Positions 51,710 through 62,362 of a stretch of DNA of 64,000 nucleotides are shown here, one piece after another. Made by a program: the position numbers and the translations under genes. Origin of the DNA: Blastocatellia bacterium (GTDB lineage Bacteria > Acidobacteriota > Blastocatellia > Chloracidobacteriales > JADJPF01). Location: positions 193,071 to 257,070 of the forward strand of contig JANWYG010000017.1 of NCBI GenBank assembly GCA_025057015.1, written 5' to 3'. Numbering within the stretch: position 1 is the first letter of the stretch; each line of letters opens with the position of its first letter. The notes under the pieces were generated by a model, which was not told the DNA's origin, ran no database searches, and saw only the letters and a list, made by a program, of their open reading frames with translations.

Positions 51710-51737
51710 GGACTTCGTCCCTATTTAGCCTTTCTTT
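51707..51737. terminator. intrinsic terminator between convergent genes
   Basis: TAGGGAC-TTC-GTCCCTA, a perfect 7-bp stem (51707-51723), followed by TTTAGCCTTTCTTT. It starts at the stop codon of the OmpA-like gene. Confidence 0.55.
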
Positions 51738-51748
51738 AAGCTTCCGTT

Positions 51749-52876
51749 CTACTGCTGGCGCTGCATGACCATGCGGGTAGCCATCTGGCGCAGCACATCA
51801 GGAATACCTTTGTTTTTACTGAGTGCTTTAAGGTCCTTAGTCTGAAGCCTCTTAATAAAGTTCATAGAGAAATTTAGTGGCGTACGAGGGTTATTGCACA
51901 AGTTAAGGACTATTGTATAGTTGCTCACCCACGCACGATTCGAGCAGATAAGTCGTAGTAACTCTTCGCTAATACCCTTCAGTTTAGAAACACTTTCGAC
52001 TTCACCATCCGTTATCTTGGGATTTTTGAGCACAGCTGACGAGACCATTTTGTTCGAGTCTCGGACAAGTATCATGCGCACTTCCCGTCCACCTTTGAGT
52101 GCAAGGAAGATGCGTTCTTTGACAGTCATAGTAGCTATCAGCTCGTAGAGTGATTTACGGGCATTGTCTACTTGTTCGCCTTCTTCCTCGGCAGTTTGCA
52201 AGAACCGTTTGAGCTCTGAAGCTGGGTCTAGCATATGGGCAGGTTCTTCGACAATCGGGCCCTCATCTTGCTCAAATTGAGCAACAACCTGGCGAAACTC
52301 CTCTTCGGTGATTTCGACTCCCATCGCTTTGGAAAGTCGTTCACGGGCACGTTGCTCTTCGGCTATTTGAGCGATACCTGCCTCTTTCTCGAAGAACTCT
52401 ACCTTTACTTCACGTGCTCGTCGTTCAGCTTCAGGTGTGCGATTAGGGTTAGCAAGTATCGCATCGATAATTGCTGGATGGCGAATTAGTCTTTGTTGGT
52501 TTATAGTAATAGCTTCAAGCAACGAGCCGCTGATAGGTCTGGCTGCAAGTTCAGCTATAGCTGCATCTGGCGTGGAATGGTTCAGTATTATCGCCTCGAG
52601 CATCTCGTTAGAGCTCTTTGGCCACTTAGCAAAAAATGCCAAGGTTTCGGCAGCAGTAGCAGAGTTCTGCACTATTGGTAGCAATTTTGCTGATTCAGTG
52701 GTGCCGAGCGTAGCTTCTGCGGCCCCACTTATTTCTGCATCAGCATCGCCGGCAAGCAGAACTAGAATTTGCACCAGGTCTTCCTGCGCAAGCGGTAGCA
52801 TGCCGCGAGCTGCAGCAAGCTTTGCTGGTCTTGGCGCCGTACCTGATTTTATTGCCATCACGATAGGATTAGACAC
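51749..52876 (-). CDS. hypothetical helical-repeat protein
   Basis: 375 aa, all-helical appearance, no TM helix and no family I recognise. Located 12 nt downstream of secA on the same strand. Confidence 0.55.
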   Translation of the reverse strand: MSNPIVMAIKSGTAPRPAKLAAARGMLPLAQEDLVQILVLLAGDADAEISGAAEATLGTTESAKLLPIVQNSATAAETLAFFAKWPKSSNEMLEAIILNHSTPDAAIAELAARPISGSLLEAITINQQRLIRHPAIIDAILANPNRTPEAERRAREVKVEFFEKEAGIAQIAEEQRARERLSKAMGVEITEEEFRQVVAQFEQDEGPIVEEPAHMLDPASELKRFLQTAEEEGEQVDNARKSLYELIATMTVKERIFLALKGGREVRMILVRDSNKMVSSAVLKNPKITDGEVESVSKLKGISEELLRLICSNRAWVSNYTIVLNLCNNPRTPLNFSMNFIKRLQTKDLKALSKNKGIPDVLRQMATRMVMQRQQ

Positions 52877-52888
52877 GGTTCTTATCTC

Positions 52889-55579
52889 CTAAGCATTTGC
52901 ACCACAACATTTTTTATACTTTTTACCAGAGCCACACGGACAGGCTTCATTACGTCCTACTTTTGGCTGAGTGTGGACTATTGTTTTCGGCTTAGCCGGT
53001 TCTTCTCCAGCAGGCATAGCCGAAGAGTTTGCTTTGGTAAACACCAAAGGTGTTCTGCGTCTTGGATGCAAGCGCGGCGGTGGTGGCGGCTGTTCTTCTT
53101 GTTTTACAAAACGTAGGTTGAAAAGTATCCGACAAGTTTCTTCGTCTATGCGGTCAATCATCTCATCAAAGAGCAACTTAGTTTCGCGCTTGTACTCAAC
53201 TAAGGGATCTTTCTGACCATACCCGCGCAGTCCTATACCTTCCTTGAGATGTTCGACGCTTGTCAAATGGTCTTTCCACTGCTGATCTACCACTTCGAGC
53301 ATTATCATACGCTCGTAGTGACGCAGAAAGTCAGCTCCTACGAGCTGTTCTTTGTCCTGATAGCGAGAGCGAATTACTGGCCAGATCTGCTCCTTGATTT
53401 CATCTGCAGAAAGTGTCTCCAGTTTGACGCCTTCCTGTTCAGCATCATAGGCAAACAGCTCTCTGAGGCGCATCTTGAGAGCAGGAAAGTTCCACTCTTC
53501 AGGCGACAGATCGTTTCCGACCAATTGGTCAACTATATCATTAAACAAATCCTCGGCAACGTTGATAAACTGGCGAGCGGTACCGTCTTCTAGCAACTCT
53601 CTGCGCAGACCGTAGATAGTTTCTCGTTGACGATTCAGCACGTCGTCATATTCAAGTAGGTGTTTTCTTATACCGAAGTTATGTCCTTCGACAGATTTTT
53701 GAGCTGCTTCTATCCGCTTGCTTACAAGGCGGCTTTCTATAGCTACGCCCTTTTCCATACCGAGGGTGAGCATCAACTTTTGCACACGCTCGCCGCCAAA
53801 GATGCGCATTAAATCGTCTTGCAGGGAGAGATAGAAACGCGAGCGGCCTGGATCACCCTGACGACCAGCACGACCTCGCAGCTGATTATCGATTCGACGC
53901 GACTCGTGTCTTTCCGTGCCTATGATGTACAGTCCTCCGAGCTCCACTACTTCTCTATGCTCGGCTTCGGTTATCTTTTTTGCCTCTTCCAAAGCCTTGG
54001 CAAACTGTTCAGCTGTAGCCTCGTCGGGATTTATTTCTTGCTTTTTGAGTATCTCTCTTGCAAGAAACTCCGGATTACCACCAAGCAGTATATCCGTACC
54101 GCGGCCGGCCATGTTGGTAGCTATCGTTACAGCTCCGCGACGGCCTGCTTGAGCAACTATCTCAGCCTCGCGAGCAGCATTCTCTGGCTTGGCATTAAGC
54201 ACGTTATGTTTTATACCTAACTTCTTAAGTCTTGCCGAAAGTAGTTCAGAGTTCTCTACAGACACCGTGCCAACGAGCACAGGTTGGCCTGTTTTATGCA
54301 CTGCAACTATATCTTCTACAACAGCGTCCCATTTTTCTTCTTGCGTGCGATAGATAACATCCGGCAGGTCTTGCCTGATCATAGGTCGGTGGGTTGGTAT
54401 GACGACCACATCGAGATTATATATCTTCGCAAATTCCTCAGCCTCAGTTTCCGCTGTACCGGTCATTCCGGCGAGTTTCTCATACATACGGAAATAGTTC
54501 TGCAAAGTGATAGTGGCAAGAGTCTGCGTCTCACGCTCTATCTTTACTCCTTCTTTTGCTTCCACTGCTTGGTGAAGTCCGTCAGACCAGCGCCTGCCAG
54601 GCATCAGGCGGCCTGTAAAGCTATCTACTATAATCACCTCACCGTCTTTGACTATATAGTCCTTGTCTCTATGATATAGCGTATGTGCTTTTAGCGCCTG
54701 ATTGACGCAGTGCAGAATCTCCATATTTGCCGGGTCGTAGAGGTTACCACAGCCAAGGATCTTCTCAGCCTTTTCTATACCCTCTTCGGTAAGTGAAGCA
54801 GTATGGGCTTTTTCGTCTACTTGATAGTCAACATCCCGCTTCAGTTTAGGTATTACATCGTTTGCTAGATAGTATTTCTCAGTCGATTCCTCAGACGCAC
54901 CAGAAATGATAAGTGGTGTTCTAGCCTCATCGATCAGGATAGAATCAACTTCGTCGACTATAGCATAGTGGTGACCGCGTTGCACACAAGTCGACAAGTC
55001 AAATTTCATGTTATCTCTGAGGTAGTCGAAACCAAACTCATTATTCGTACCGTAAGTAACGTCTGCGTTATAAGCCTCCTGCCGTTGAAAGTCACCCATA
55101 TCGTGCTGTATACAGCCTACGGTTAGACCAAGGAACTTGTATATCTTACCCATCCACTCGGCGTCGCGCCGCGCCAGATAATCATTGACAGTGACTACAT
55201 GCACGCCCTTACCTTCAAGGGCATTCAGATAGACAGGCAAAGTTGCAACCAGTGTTTTACCTTCACCGGTGCGCATTTCAGCTATACAACCTTGGTGCAG
55301 AACCATCCCGCCTATAAGCTGCACGTCAAAATGCCGCATTCCAGTAGTCCTAACAGATGCCTCACGCACCACAGCAAAAGCCTCTGGCAGCAGCTCATCT
55401 AGCGTAGCTCCTTGATCAATTTTGTTGCGAAACTCAGCCGTCTTAGCGCGTAGCTCATCATCCGATAGTTTTTTTATGCGCTCCTCTAAGCGGTTTATTT
55501 CAGCTACTATCGGCCAGAGTTTTTTCAGCCTACGCTCGTTTGCGCTGCCAAAGATTTTGGTAAGTATCTTGTCAAGCAT
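52889..55579 (-). CDS. secA: preprotein translocase ATPase SecA
   Basis: 896 aa with [43 protein letters not shown] and the C-terminal zinc tail [14 protein letters not shown]. Confidence 0.97.
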   Translation of the reverse strand: MLDKILTKIFGSANERRLKKLWPIVAEINRLEERIKKLSDDELRAKTAEFRNKIDQGATLDELLPEAFAVVREASVRTTGMRHFDVQLIGGMVLHQGCIAEMRTGEGKTLVATLPVYLNALEGKGVHVVTVNDYLARRDAEWMGKIYKFLGLTVGCIQHDMGDFQRQEAYNADVTYGTNNEFGFDYLRDNMKFDLSTCVQRGHHYAIVDEVDSILIDEARTPLIISGASEESTEKYYLANDVIPKLKRDVDYQVDEKAHTASLTEEGIEKAEKILGCGNLYDPANMEILHCVNQALKAHTLYHRDKDYIVKDGEVIIVDSFTGRLMPGRRWSDGLHQAVEAKEGVKIERETQTLATITLQNYFRMYEKLAGMTGTAETEAEEFAKIYNLDVVVIPTHRPMIRQDLPDVIYRTQEEKWDAVVEDIVAVHKTGQPVLVGTVSVENSELLSARLKKLGIKHNVLNAKPENAAREAEIVAQAGRRGAVTIATNMAGRGTDILLGGNPEFLAREILKKQEINPDEATAEQFAKALEEAKKITEAEHREVVELGGLYIIGTERHESRRIDNQLRGRAGRQGDPGRSRFYLSLQDDLMRIFGGERVQKLMLTLGMEKGVAIESRLVSKRIEAAQKSVEGHNFGIRKHLLEYDDVLNRQRETIYGLRRELLEDGTARQFINVAEDLFNDIVDQLVGNDLSPEEWNFPALKMRLRELFAYDAEQEGVKLETLSADEIKEQIWPVIRSRYQDKEQLVGADFLRHYERMIMLEVVDQQWKDHLTSVEHLKEGIGLRGYGQKDPLVEYKRETKLLFDEMIDRIDEETCRILFNLRFVKQEEQPPPPPRLHPRRRTPLVFTKANSSAMPAGEEPAKPKTIVHTQPKVGRNEACPCGSGKKYKKCCGANA

Positions 55580-55688
55580 AAAACCTTCTCTCTAATGAAG
55601 CACAAAGCCCTTTCAGGCGAGCTACTTAGCCCACTTAATTCTGAAAATTTTATTTGAAAGCATTGTAACACGTCAAGTTACGGCATTT

Positions 55689-56117
55689 TTACTTTTTGAA
55701 CAACGCCTCAAAGGCCTGTCGCGCAGCGGAAGGAGCTTCCTTTGGCCGACGGTGATACTCCAAGGACGACTGGAGTTTTTCTACAGAGACCTTCATCTGA
55801 AACTGCATGCACATATTTCGCTCAGCTTTTTTAGGAATACGAGCTTGAATAGGTTTCTTACACTCAAAACGGGCCGCCGGATCAAAAAAAGCACAGTTTT
55901 TACACGAGTGCAAATCAGCTTTGCACTTATTACACTGGTCAGTAAAAGAGATAGCACCCAATGTGTCGATAATATTTGAGCAGTTAGAACACCTGACAAC
56001 CTCCACAAAACGCGTCTCTATTTTAGAAGAAGGCCCAAACCCCACACTCTTCTGGCGCGTCGGTGCAGGAGTTGACTGTTCTTCTTGATAACCCTTGTGT
56101 TTGTACTTTCTCTCCAT
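55689..56117 (-). CDS. Cys-rich zinc-ribbon hypothetical protein
   Basis: 142 aa with a basic N-terminus, then CSNCSN...CNKCKADLHSCKNCAFFDPAARFECKKP (several CxxC pairs). Confidence 0.55.
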   Translation of the reverse strand: MERKYKHKGYQEEQSTPAPTRQKSVGFGPSSKIETRFVEVVRCSNCSNIIDTLGAISFTDQCNKCKADLHSCKNCAFFDPAARFECKKPIQARIPKKAERNMCMQFQMKVSVEKLQSSLEYHRRPKEAPSAARQAFEALFKK

Positions 56118-56334
56118 AGATACTCCTTAAAAAGTATGCGGCATTAAGAAGGCGTTAAAAAGTGCCAGACTACAGCACAGATAACCTTTTGCTTTCGTCT
56201 CTAAGAGACTTTAGGGATTTATGTCCGAGGTTAGAGGAAAAAAATTCGATGAGATTATACCAACTCAATATCAACTATTCAACGGGTACTGTGGCAACTG
56301 CGAGTTTAAAAAAGCACTAACACACAGAGCTGAG

Positions 56335-56700
56335 CTAGTTTTTAGTCTCGCCAGCATCCTTTATCAAAATAACGGCTTCATCGGCAGCTACTAAACCCGC
56401 CCTGCGAGCAAGCACTTCAATAGTACGCGGATCTTTTTCTACAGCCTCTATTTCAAGTTCAAGGCGTTTATTTTCAATCTCCAAATCTTTAAGCCTACGC
56501 GCAACCGATCGATTTTCTCTAAGAGCTGTCTCGTACTCCTGCTTCGTATGCAAGGTTATTGAATAACAAAGCGCTGCAGCTGTAAGAAGCACCATAGCTA
56601 CCCACACATGCACAGGTACGTTTATAGCTAGCACTACAGCATATGGAAGCCTGTCTGCCCATCTTGATACACTCACGGAATGCGTTCTGCCCATATTCAC
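56335..56700 (-). CDS. septum formation initiator (FtsB/DivIC-like) protein
   Basis: 121 aa with one TM helix, a coiled-coil (LKDLEIENKRLELEIEAVEKD) and a DPRTIEVLARRAGLVAADEAVI tail typical of FtsB/DivIC. Confidence 0.65.
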   Translation of the reverse strand: MNMGRTHSVSVSRWADRLPYAVVLAINVPVHVWVAMVLLTAAALCYSITLHTKQEYETALRENRSVARRLKDLEIENKRLELEIEAVEKDPRTIEVLARRAGLVAADEAVILIKDAGETKN

Positions 56701-56844
56701 CTTTCTTGCTTCACCGAGGTAGGCCTAAATAATTTAGCATGAAGAGAATCTACCAGCAACAACTTTTTTCAAATGAACGCTTAAGGCAGATTTATCTAAC
56801 AAGTTACTAAAATCAAGCAGAGCAAGTTATTGTAGATAAAGGTC

Positions 56845-57192
56845 TTACCATGCTTCTAGATCTGCTAGATCGATCTCAGCTGTCTCCTGAACCGGCAAGC
56901 AGATCCAGCCGTCTTCGATAAAGATTGCAAATAGCTCGACCGAAACTCCAGGACGGTCAAGACATTTGCCCGTAGCTATGTCAAACCGCCAATTATGACG
57001 AGGGCACACTGCTAGGCAACCTTCGCGATGACCATGGCTGATAAAGGCCCCCATATGCGGACAAATATCATCTAGAGCCCTAAAAGTATCGCCATACCGA
57101 TACACCGCGATCCTTCGGCCTGCATAGCTGACTATAGCAGGCCGATCTGTATTCACAGCATGAGTTTCAAGCAGCTTGATATATCTGGTCAT
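56845..57192 (-). CDS. Rieske [2Fe-2S] domain protein (NirD-like small ferredoxin)
   Basis: 115 aa with CPHMG...CPRHNWRF (CxH...CxxH). ATGA overlap with the upstream response-regulator gene. Confidence 0.85.
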   Translation of the reverse strand: MTRYIKLLETHAVNTDRPAIVSYAGRRIAVYRYGDTFRALDDICPHMGAFISHGHREGCLAVCPRHNWRFDIATGKCLDRPGVSVELFAIFIEDGWICLPVQETAEIDLADLEAW

Positions 57193-58592
57193 ACCTTGAT
57201 GTTATAAACTTTGATCTTGGAGTTTAACGTAGTAGCGTTAAGTCCAAGCAACTTGGCAGCTCGGCTTTGATGCCCTCCAGTCTGTTCAAGAGCAGACTTT
57301 ATCAGGGCTATCTCAAAACGAGCTACCTCGTCGTAGAAAGATATCCCGCGGCTAATATCTATATAGTATGGCTGTAAGCTACACCTACCGTTGGTTGTCA
57401 TTAGCTGCGGATTGCGTATCTCCTCTCGGAGACACTCTAGGGTGATCTTGTCACCTCTAGCTAAAACAACAGCTCGCTCGATAGTATTTTCCAACTCGCG
57501 AACGTTGCCCGGCCAGTAGTAATTTTCCAAGGCCGCTACGACTTCAGGATCGAGTTCTTCAGAAATACTGCGACCGTTTTCACGGTTATACTTGCGGATA
57601 AAATGCTGCGCAAGTGCCAGAATGTCATCACGTCTTTCTCTAAGCGGCGGCAGGTCTATGGTGATTACGTTCAGCCGATAATAGAGGTCTTCTCTGAAGC
57701 TACCTTCAGCAACAGCTTTTTTGAGGTCAACGTTGGTAGCAGCTATTATGCGTACATCAACTTTGTGTGTTACCGTATCACCAAGCGGAATGAATTCGCG
57801 CTCTTGTATCACACGCAGTAACTTCGACTGAGTTTCAAGAGACAGATTACCTATCTCATCGAGGAAAATTGACCCAGAGTCAGCAATCTCAAAAAGCCCC
57901 TTCTTAGCAGAGATAGCGCCAGTGAAAGCCCCCCGCACATGCCCAAACAGCTCAGATTCAAGTAACTCAGTAGGTATATTGCCGCAGTTAACAGTGACAA
58001 ACTGGCCACTTTCGGCCCTGGGACTAGCAAAGTGAATCGCCCGCGCTATCAGTTCCTTACCTGTTCCCGACTCACCTTGAATTAACACCGTTGTCCTAGC
58101 TGGAGCTACAAGCTCTACCTGTTCAAGTACCTCTTTCATCCTTTTGGAATGTGCTACTATTTGGCTTCGCTGGGCCGAACTATGAAGCGCCCGTCTAAGC
58201 TGTTTACGTTCCTCATCTTTACGACGACGCAAGATAGCAGCAGCTACAGTATTCAGTATATGCTCATTCTCAAAAGGCTTTCTAATGCAGCTATACGCTC
58301 CAAGCTGCCAAGCCGAAACCGCCGTGTCAAAAGTAGCATACGCAGTAATCATTATCACTACTGCTTCAGGATCCAGCTTGAGCAGCTCCTCGAGCGTTCT
58401 TATACCACCCATACCAGGCATAGACACATCAAGCAGGACACAGTCGTAAACCTTAGCCTGATAGCGTTCGAGAGCACTTTCACCATTACTTACCAAGTCT
58501 ACACGATAGCCTTCTTGTAACAGCAGGCTCTCCAATACATCTCGCATTACTTCTTCGTCATCTACGACGAGAATGCTGCCCTTTTTGCCCAT
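57189..58592 (-). CDS. sigma-54-dependent response regulator (NtrC family: REC, AAA+, Fis-type HTH)
   Basis: 467 aa with ILVVDDEEV...LLDVSMPG, GESGTGKELIARAIH, GAFTGA, and a C-terminal HTH QSRAAKLLGLNATTLNSKIK. Confidence 0.92.
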   Translation of the reverse strand: MGKKGSILVVDDEEVMRDVLESLLLQEGYRVDLVSNGESALERYQAKVYDCVLLDVSMPGMGGIRTLEELLKLDPEAVVIMITAYATFDTAVSAWQLGAYSCIRKPFENEHILNTVAAAILRRRKDEERKQLRRALHSSAQRSQIVAHSKRMKEVLEQVELVAPARTTVLIQGESGTGKELIARAIHFASPRAESGQFVTVNCGNIPTELLESELFGHVRGAFTGAISAKKGLFEIADSGSIFLDEIGNLSLETQSKLLRVIQEREFIPLGDTVTHKVDVRIIAATNVDLKKAVAEGSFREDLYYRLNVITIDLPPLRERRDDILALAQHFIRKYNRENGRSISEELDPEVVAALENYYWPGNVRELENTIERAVVLARGDKITLECLREEIRNPQLMTTNGRCSLQPYYIDISRGISFYDEVARFEIALIKSALEQTGGHQSRAAKLLGLNATTLNSKIKVYNIKV

Positions 58593-59461
58593 TATGCCCC
58601 TTTCCTAAAATATCCGGCCCTGGTATGTACGTTGAGCCGTCGATTGCGAACTTTGACCGAGATTCTGTGCCATCCCGTTTCCAAAGTAGTCGGCTCATAA
58701 CCTAGCGTATATTGTCCGCGAAGAGTTTGTAGTATGTCGAGAACATACCCCTCTAGTGCTGATACCGACATAGGAAAGTATACTTGCCCACCAGACTCTT
58801 CTGCCATACGCTTCATCAGCTTATGCGATCTTGTAGCAGTCGCAAGCAACATACCATCTGCGAAAACATACCCTTCAGGTAAACACACTAGATATAACTG
58901 AATGTCAAAATACCGCAGACGCTCAGCCAATTGCTGTAACTCGGTAGTGCTTTGCCTATCGTCACCGTCAGAAAACACCACCAGCACTTTTCTGGAGTTC
59001 GCAGAGTTCTCCTGTGCATAAGTCGCAGCAAAAAGCAGAGCATCAAGCAATGCAGTTCCACCCACCGCAACTACGTCCTCCAGAAAACGCTTAGCATCAG
59101 CAGCAGAAGTAAAGCCACTCAACAGCTGCGGTCTATCTTTTATTTCTACGACGAAGACCTCATCTTCCGCACTGCAGTTTTCCAGCAGTAGCATTGCGGC
59201 GCGAACGGCTAGCTTCAGTCTATAACGCATCGATCCAGAGGTGTCTATAACTAGACCGAGACTTAGCGGCTCAGGCTTATCAGAAAAATATTCTATAGAC
59301 TGCCGCTTACCATCCTCATACAACTCAAAATCTTCCGCACGCAAGTCCTTAACAGGCCTTTTTCTTTCGTCTGCAACCGTAACATGCAGTAGTACTTGCT
59401 CAGTACGTACTTTGAGTATAGCCTCACTTTGTAACAGCAGCAAAAGGATCAGTCCAAACAT
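58592..59461 (-). CDS. VWA domain protein (VWFA-related acidobacterial-type N-terminus)
   Basis: 289 aa. VLLHVTVADERKRPVKDLRAEDFELYEDGKRQSIEYF followed by VIDTSGSM (MIDAS-like). Resembles the acidobacterial VWFA-related family as I recall it. Confidence 0.78.
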   Translation of the reverse strand: MFGLILLLLLQSEAILKVRTEQVLLHVTVADERKRPVKDLRAEDFELYEDGKRQSIEYFSDKPEPLSLGLVIDTSGSMRYRLKLAVRAAMLLLENCSAEDEVFVVEIKDRPQLLSGFTSAADAKRFLEDVVAVGGTALLDALLFAATYAQENSANSRKVLVVFSDGDDRQSTTELQQLAERLRYFDIQLYLVCLPEGYVFADGMLLATATRSHKLMKRMAEESGGQVYFPMSVSALEGYVLDILQTLRGQYTLGYEPTTLETGWHRISVKVRNRRLNVHTRAGYFRKGA

Positions 59462-60219
59462 AGTGGCTCACCGTGCCTACCTTCACCATCGGCAAACTTA
59501 ATTGCCAGCTCCCTTACAGACGGCTCCTTTAGCACTCCTACGGCTTGCTCGAATTCCCTCCTCAAAGCTACGTGCAGCTCTTCAGAAGAACCATAGCAGT
59601 TTCTGCGATCGACAAGCAAAGCAGGCTGAGGAAAAGAAGATATCCTACGAGCCAGTTCCAAGGACGCAGTTAGAGCTTGTCCGTCGTCTACTACATAGTT
59701 GACCAGTCCCATAGCAAGAGCCTCGTCCGAAGATACCTTACGACCAGTAAGAACCATATCAAGTGCTCTTGCAAGACCAATTATGCGAGGTAAACGGACA
59801 GTGCCTCCATCTATTAAAGGAATACCCCAACGTCGGTTGAACACTCCAAAGACAGCGCTGCGCTCAGCCACTCTTATATCAGCTAGTAAGGCCAGTTCGA
59901 GACCTCCAGCGACAGCGTAGCCTGCCACAGCAGCTATCAGCGGCTTAGAAAGCAACATCCTACTAGGTCCCAGCGGCCCGTGTAGTTCCGTAAGTACCGG
60001 CACATCCTTGCCCGAAGCCAAAGCTTTCAGATCTGCTCCCGAGCAAAAAGTTCCCCCTGCGCCATACAATATCCCTACACGAGCATCCTTGTCGGCTTCA
60101 AATTCAGTAAATGCAGCCAGCAGTGCTGCTGCCGTAGGAGCATCGATAGCGTTACGCACTTGCGGCCTATCCAGAGTTATGATAGTTATTACACCCTCTC
60201 TTGATACTCTCACAGACAT
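59449..60219 (-). CDS. enoyl-CoA hydratase/isomerase (crotonase) family protein
   Basis: 256 aa with ITLDRPQVRNA, GAGGTFCSGADLK and AAVAGYAVAGGLELALLADIRV. Confidence 0.88.
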   Translation of the reverse strand: MSVRVSREGVITIITLDRPQVRNAIDAPTAAALLAAFTEFEADKDARVGILYGAGGTFCSGADLKALASGKDVPVLTELHGPLGPSRMLLSKPLIAAVAGYAVAGGLELALLADIRVAERSAVFGVFNRRWGIPLIDGGTVRLPRIIGLARALDMVLTGRKVSSDEALAMGLVNYVVDDGQALTASLELARRISSFPQPALLVDRRNCYGSSEELHVALRREFEQAVGVLKEPSVRELAIKFADGEGRHGEPLCLD

Positions 60220-60275
60220 AACACACCACCAGTAAGTTTAGTATCATATAACGAGTATGCGTCAAGGCAACAGGT

Positions 60276-62360
60276 ATGAATAGGATCTCTATAGTAATCT
60301 TGACTTTCTGTTTGAGCACCTTTGGACAGATCCCTTTAGACCAAAAGGATCTGAAGAAACGAAGCCGGCCATTACCAGTACTGCGACGCACTCACTCTGC
60401 TGAACAGATTCTGCAACGTCTTCTTAAGGCTGAAGATGAACGCTCCAGTGTGGAAACCATGCTGGAACTACTTGATATAGTTCACACTGGATTAGCCTGC
60501 AGAATAGCACTGGCAGCTGGGCGCATAGCAGATGAAAGCGCTGTAGATAGGCTAATAGACCTGCTAGACGATAACCGCGAGCGCCTTCGCTCAGCTGCTG
60601 CGTTCGCCCTCGGCGAGATAGAGTCTCGCAAAGCCATACCGCAGCTACTACTTAAGATGCAAGACAGCAAGGACAGCTATAGTGTACGTGCCGCTGCTGC
60701 AGAGGCCCTGGGAAAGATAGCAGTCAATAATAGCGATGACAAACTACTAAACGCATTGCTAAGTTGCCTACCCACCCCAGCAAAAAATCTCACAGCTGCC
60801 GAACGTCCCCTGGTGGTAAGTGCCTTGACGGCGCTGATGCGACTCGGCAGACCAGAAGCGGCTGATGCTATTGCCCTACAGCTCGCATCGCCAGACTCGG
60901 AAGTAAAGTTTCATGCAGCCAACGCGCTAGCCCGACTAAAAACGCCCACCACCCACAAAGAACTCGTCCTAACTGCCAGCGCAGATCCCGATCCGAGGGT
61001 ACGGGCAGCTGCCGCAACCGCACTAAGCTTTCTACCTCAGACAACTGTAAGACTAGTAGAAATGCTCGACGATCCAGATCAACACGTTCGGGCAAACGTC
61101 GTAAGAGCACTCGCACGAAGCGAGCAAGCCAGTGCCCTAGATCCACTGCTTAAGTATGCTACAAACTTACTAGGACAGCTCAACATGGAAGCAGAAGACA
61201 TCCCGCAACAGATGAATCACTTGCTGTTAATAGCTACTGCGATAGCACAACTTGCTCCTAAAGACGCACGGGTTATAGCCCTACTTAAGGTCCTAAGGAC
61301 ACTACCTACGGGGCGAGTCGGCGCAAATGAAGAAACGGAAATAGCCTTAGCTAAGGCCGGGCAAGAGGCTTTCTTCGACTTTAAACCAGAGCAAGGTCTG
61401 AAATCTGGAGATTGGAAATCTGCAGCAAACTTCGCCCTAGGCTTGGGCAAGCTTGGCACTGAGCGTGCGGCAACTCTGCTTCAGGCTCTGCTCGAAGGAA
61501 GCTTGATAGGTGAGCTAGACAAAAGAGCAATACCTGCTGTGCTTAAAGCGGCCGCTGAGTTAAAACACCCCTTAGCAAGAGAATGGTTAAAAAGCTATGT
61601 AGCAACAACAAGCGATGCCATCATTCGCGCCACTGCAGCTGAGCTGCTCGAGTCCGATCCCAGTGACGACGTCATAGAAGCGCTCGTAGCCGGATATGAA
61701 AAAGCTGCTAAAGACGACATGAACGACGGTAAGCTAGCCATACTGACAGTGCTTGCAAAGCTGCGACGTCGACAAGAGCTACTGCAGCAAGCACTGCTAG
61801 ATGGAGACTATCTCGTGCGCAAGCACGCAGCTACGCTGCTTAAGGCACAAGGAAAAGCAGAACCACAAGTTGGACAAGTAAGGCTCGCCCGAGACAAAAA
61901 TTTCTATGAGACGGTAGTCAAATTCTCTCGCTCACGAGCTCCGATAGCACGTATAGAAACAGACAAAGGTACGATCGTAATCGAGCTACTAAACCGCGAG
62001 GCCCCTCTTACAGCTTGGAACTTCATCACACTTGCAGAAAAGGGCTTCTACGATGGGTTGAAGTTTCACCGTGTCGTCCCTAACTTCGTCATACAAGGAG
62101 GCGATCCGAGAGGAGACGGCAATGGTGGCCCTAATTACCAGATTCGCTGTGAGATTAACCAGCGCCGATACGTACGTGGTAGCGTAGGCATGGCGCTTTC
62201 TGGAAAGGACACCGGCGGTAGCCAGTTCTTCATCTGTCATTCACCGCAACCACACCTCGACGGCGGCTACACTCTCTTTGGACAAGTCGTAGCAGGAATG
62301 GAAGTAGTCGACAGTATAGCTTGCGGCGATAGGATCAAAAAGATAGTCATAAAACGATAG
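60276..62360 (+). CDS. secreted HEAT-repeat protein fused to a cyclophilin-type peptidyl-prolyl isomerase
   Basis: 694 aa with a signal peptide ([18 protein letters not shown]), many HEAT/PBS-lyase-like repeats (D..VR..AA.ALG) and a C-terminal [15 protein letters not shown]...GGSQFFI. Confidence 0.85.
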   Translation: MNRISIVILTFCLSTFGQIPLDQKDLKKRSRPLPVLRRTHSAEQILQRLLKAEDERSSVETMLELLDIVHTGLACRIALAAGRIADESAVDRLIDLLDDNRERLRSAAAFALGEIESRKAIPQLLLKMQDSKDSYSVRAAAAEALGKIAVNNSDDKLLNALLSCLPTPAKNLTAAERPLVVSALTALMRLGRPEAADAIALQLASPDSEVKFHAANALARLKTPTTHKELVLTASADPDPRVRAAAATALSFLPQTTVRLVEMLDDPDQHVRANVVRALARSEQASALDPLLKYATNLLGQLNMEAEDIPQQMNHLLLIATAIAQLAPKDARVIALLKVLRTLPTGRVGANEETEIALAKAGQEAFFDFKPEQGLKSGDWKSAANFALGLGKLGTERAATLLQALLEGSLIGELDKRAIPAVLKAAAELKHPLAREWLKSYVATTSDAIIRATAAELLESDPSDDVIEALVAGYEKAAKDDMNDGKLAILTVLAKLRRRQELLQQALLDGDYLVRKHAATLLKAQGKAEPQVGQVRLARDKNFYETVVKFSRSRAPIARIETDKGTIVIELLNREAPLTAWNFITLAEKGFYDGLKFHRVVPNFVIQGGDPRGDGNGGPNYQIRCEINQRRYVRGSVGMALSGKDTGGSQFFICHSPQPHLDGGYTLFGQVVAGMEVVDSIACGDRIKKIVIKR

Positions 62361-62362
62361 GC

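Noticed and set aside
56221-56394. A 57-aa plus-strand ORF (MSEVRGKKFDEIIPTQYQLFNGYCGNCEF...) spanning the gap between the FtsB-like and Cys-rich genes.
   Set aside because: Its last 60 nt run antisense into the FtsB-like gene, its ribosome-binding site is weak, and no family is recognisable. Left uncalled.
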